DNA from: the human T2T-CHM13v2.0 reference genome, Homo sapiens
Length of the DNA stretch: 64,000 nt
Direction: 5' to 3' (one strand)
NCBI RefSeq assembly: GCF_009914755.1
Contig: NC_060925.1
The notes under the pieces are model-generated. The model was not told the origin of the DNA. It saw only the letters and a program-made list of their open reading frames with translations, and searched no databases. The number at the start of each line of letters is the position of its first letter. The first letter of the stretch is position 1. The position numbers and the translations under genes were made by a program. Below are positions 60,715 to 64,000 of the stretch, one piece after another.

Positions 60715-61605
60715 AAGATACACACAACCACAGAGACATGCATACTCACACACACGCACCCACACACACGCATGCACTCATGCACCCACACATGCACCCA
60801 TACACATACACATACATGCACACCCACATGCATGCAGGCACACGTGCACACACATGCAAACATGCACCCATGCATGCACACACGCATCCAGCCACAAATG
60901 CACACACATGCATGTACACATATACATGCACGCATGCCCCACACACACACATGCACGCCCACATGCATGCACCCACATGCACACACGCACACAATGCACA
61001 CATACATGCACACACATCCACCCACACATGCACACACGCACCCACACACGCATGCACACACATACATGCACACATGCCCCCACACGCACACATATGCACG
61101 CCCACATGCATGCACCCACACATGTACACACATGCATGCACCCACATGCACACACACACAATGCACACACACATGCACACACATCCACCCACACATGCAC
61201 ACACACGCACCCATACACACACATGCACACACATACATGCACACATGCCCCCACACGCACACACATGCATGCCCACATGCATGCACCCACACATGCACAC
61301 ATGCATGCACCCACATGCACACACGCACAATGCACACATATCCGCCCACACATGCACACACACGCACCCACATGCACACAATGCACACATACATGCACAC
61401 ATATCCACCCACATGCATACACATCCACCCACATGCACACACACACACACACACATGCACACCCACATGCATGCATGCATCCATACATGTACACAGATGC
61501 ACAAATACAAACATGGATGCACATACACACACACCACCCACACATGCACGCACACACACACATGCATGCACACACACATGCACACACTTCACACCTGCAC
61601 ACACT
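60715..61605. repeat. ~0.9-kb intronic CA/CATG-rich low-complexity repeat
   Basis: Directly visible. It explains the long H/T and C/V ORFs on both strands. Confidence 0.95.
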
Positions 61606-61859
61606 GAGAAGGAGAGAGTGGGGCAGGGCAAGAATGGAAACAAGATCCTTCCAAATATATCTTGCTTTATAGTTTGATTTTTGACTTACTTGTTTTTAAT
61701 TTTGAAAACTAAAATAAATAGAAGTGTTAATGTATTAAAAATAAACAAATCTAAGCTTCTATCAAGTTGGTGCTGTAATTATCCAGAGAAGAATTCTTTA
61801 AGTAAATGTAAATCACAGGACACAAAGGACCTAAAGACAAATGCACCTTCAGAAATCTT

Positions 61860-63480
61860 GCACTGACAGATAGTGTCTAGCCCTGGTTGGTACTGATGTT
61901 TTGAAATATACACATACATAAAGATGGCCAGTGGTATTGTAGCCAAAGGGATTTGGCCAGTGTGGTCAGCAGATTGGTTATATACAGAGGAAATTAGGCA
62001 AATAAGTAAGCCAAATGCGAGCTAGGTTTCTCATGAGCAGAAATGAGAATTACAAACATGGAAAAAAACAGGAAGAAACCCGTGATGTTAAATTGGTGTT
62101 GGAAGAACTGCTGCAAATTCATGGTCTTCAGCACACTAGAAACAGTAGTCTGTGCACATACACGCACATATCTATACATCATATATGCATGATATGCACA
62201 TATTGTGTATGTATGTATCTGCACCCACAGGCATACACCTCTTAGGTCTCTGCTGAGAGGGACTTAGCAGCAGTGACATCCCAGTAGTACTGAGTACATC
62301 TAACGCTCAAATCTTGGTTTCTAAATATCATTCTCCAACCAAAGGAACCCGAGCTAAATAGCTGACACTCCTGAAATGCAAGCTGAGCCTGGGGCGTCTT
62401 GCTGTGCTGGGCAGTAAGGAAAGACTCAAAGGAGGACAGGGGTGAATCAACAGGACGCAGGAGCTGGCCTGAAGAGGCTGCCCTGGTTAGTCAGGGCACG
62501 AATATGAGCAACAAAATAAATAATGATAGTAACAAAATGAATAAAATAGAAATTCATTGTTCATAAGGATATAAAAAGTAAATAGGTGAATGGGGTGAAG
62601 GCACAGCTCTACCTTACTTAAAATACCAGTAATCAACAGAGAAGGAATGATGGAATTGGAAAATCCATGGCAGGCAAGCATCCCACTACCAACCAACTCG
62701 GGCCAGGTCATCAGTGCACACTGACACCTAGTGCGTCAAAGTCTGATGAAGAATAGGGTATTTGAACGGCCTCAGTATCTCCCAACAAGATACTTACTCA
62801 TGACTTTCTAATTACTAGACATTTCCTGATATTACAGGAAAAAAGCATGGCAGATGTCATCTTAACTGAATGAAAACAGTAACATCGCCAGTAACAGGAC
62901 AAAGCAACACGGTGTCCCTCACAGTATGATGTTCGTAGAGGACACGGCAAATGTCTGTGGAGGTCCTGCCCCAAGTGCATAACCTGGGTCTAACTGAAAC
63001 GAACACCAGACCAGCCCCACTGGGCACGCCCTGCAGGATAACCGCCTGTGCACTTCACAACAGCTGCAGCCACGCCAGAAGGACTCCATGGGCAGCAGGC
63101 TGGTGGGGGCCACTGGACGGGCCATCTATCAAGTGCTGGGACATTTGTGAATGTGAATGGGGCCTGTGATGACAGAAGAGGAGCGTCAGTTCCCTAATTT
63201 TCATGGCTCTCCTTTGACCACAGAGGACAGTGGCCTTATTTTCAAGATAACCCAGCTCGAAGTGTCATGGAGTAAAGGGCATTACCTGATAATTTATTCT
63301 CAAATTGTTCAAGAAAAATGCACAAACAGAGAGTGGCGAGGCAAACATGGCAAAGGTTAGTGACCGGGAAGTCTGGGAAAACCCTATGTGGGGACTCTGC
63401 ACTCTTCCTGTAACTCTTCCCTAAGTTCTAAATTATTTCAAAATAACTACTTGTTATTTAAAAAAGGCACAGGAGTTAAC
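61860..63480 (+). mobile_element. Old L1M (L1MC/MD-like) 3'-end fragments in an NPHP4 intron
   Basis: Segments such as 'ttggtttctaaatatcattctcc', 'cagtatctcccaacaagatactt' and 'aacatggcaaaggttag...tcttcctgtaactcttccctaagttctaaattatttcaaaataa' resemble L1M 3' ends. Confidence 0.55.
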
Positions 63481-64000
63481 TTGAAAAGGATGGCGGTGGC
63501 CTGAGAGAGGGCAGTTCCAGCGTCTAAGAGCGGTGCCTCCATGGGATGAGAAATACAAATATAACGCCTCGGTGTCCATCATGAGACGCCGCAAACATGG
63601 ACTGTCTCTGGAGGCTGCTAGGACGCAGCTCATTTATTTGAAAATTGATAAAGGGAATGATTCTAACATTCATCCTCACTTTCAAGTACAAAGTATATTT
63701 TAGGGTAACCAAACTGCTGATCGGGAAAGTCCTTGTTTGTAGAAAGATCACAGGAAGAATGACAGGACTGCAATTTCACCATTTTCCACCCTGGATGGAA
63801 CACGCAGTGGGCCAGGAGCCTCAGCTGGATGCGAGTGAGGGAGACACGGGTGATGGCATCAGGCCATCAGCACCTGAGCACGGTGACAGCCAGCATGGCC
63901 TCTGTGGGTGGCCTTCATGGACAACGTGGTCTGCCCACTGAGCAACTCCAGAGGCGGAGCACCCCAGGACAGCGGGTCCTGATCCAAACGCACCAGTGGT

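Noticed and set aside
60662-61677. ~300 aa His/Thr and Cys/Val ORFs
   Set aside because: These are translations of an intronic CA-rich repeat.

Overview
This window is primate genomic DNA, almost certainly human 1p36.31. It is not prokaryotic, so most ORFs in the six-frame track are spurious. The right end (about 55040-64000) holds the 3' part of NPHP4 (nephrocystin-4) on the minus strand: seven coding exons that splice in frame to the C-terminal ...[11 protein letters not shown], with one GC-AG intron and a short 3' UTR lacking AATAAA. The MIR4689 hairpin lies just downstream on the same strand. The left ~55 kb is intergenic and repeat-rich. It contains Alus, a 5'-truncated L1PA, MaLR and ERV1-type solo LTRs, two MADE1 MITEs and several VNTRs and microsatellites. 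It also holds a decayed ERVL-type provirus broken by nested insertions and a ~210-bp mitochondrial 16S rRNA insertion (NUMT) with a disabled humanin reading frame. I found no convincing evidence of a new biological system. The findings below are curiosities or testable hypotheses. Gene and repeat names come from my recall of consensus sequences, not from database searches.
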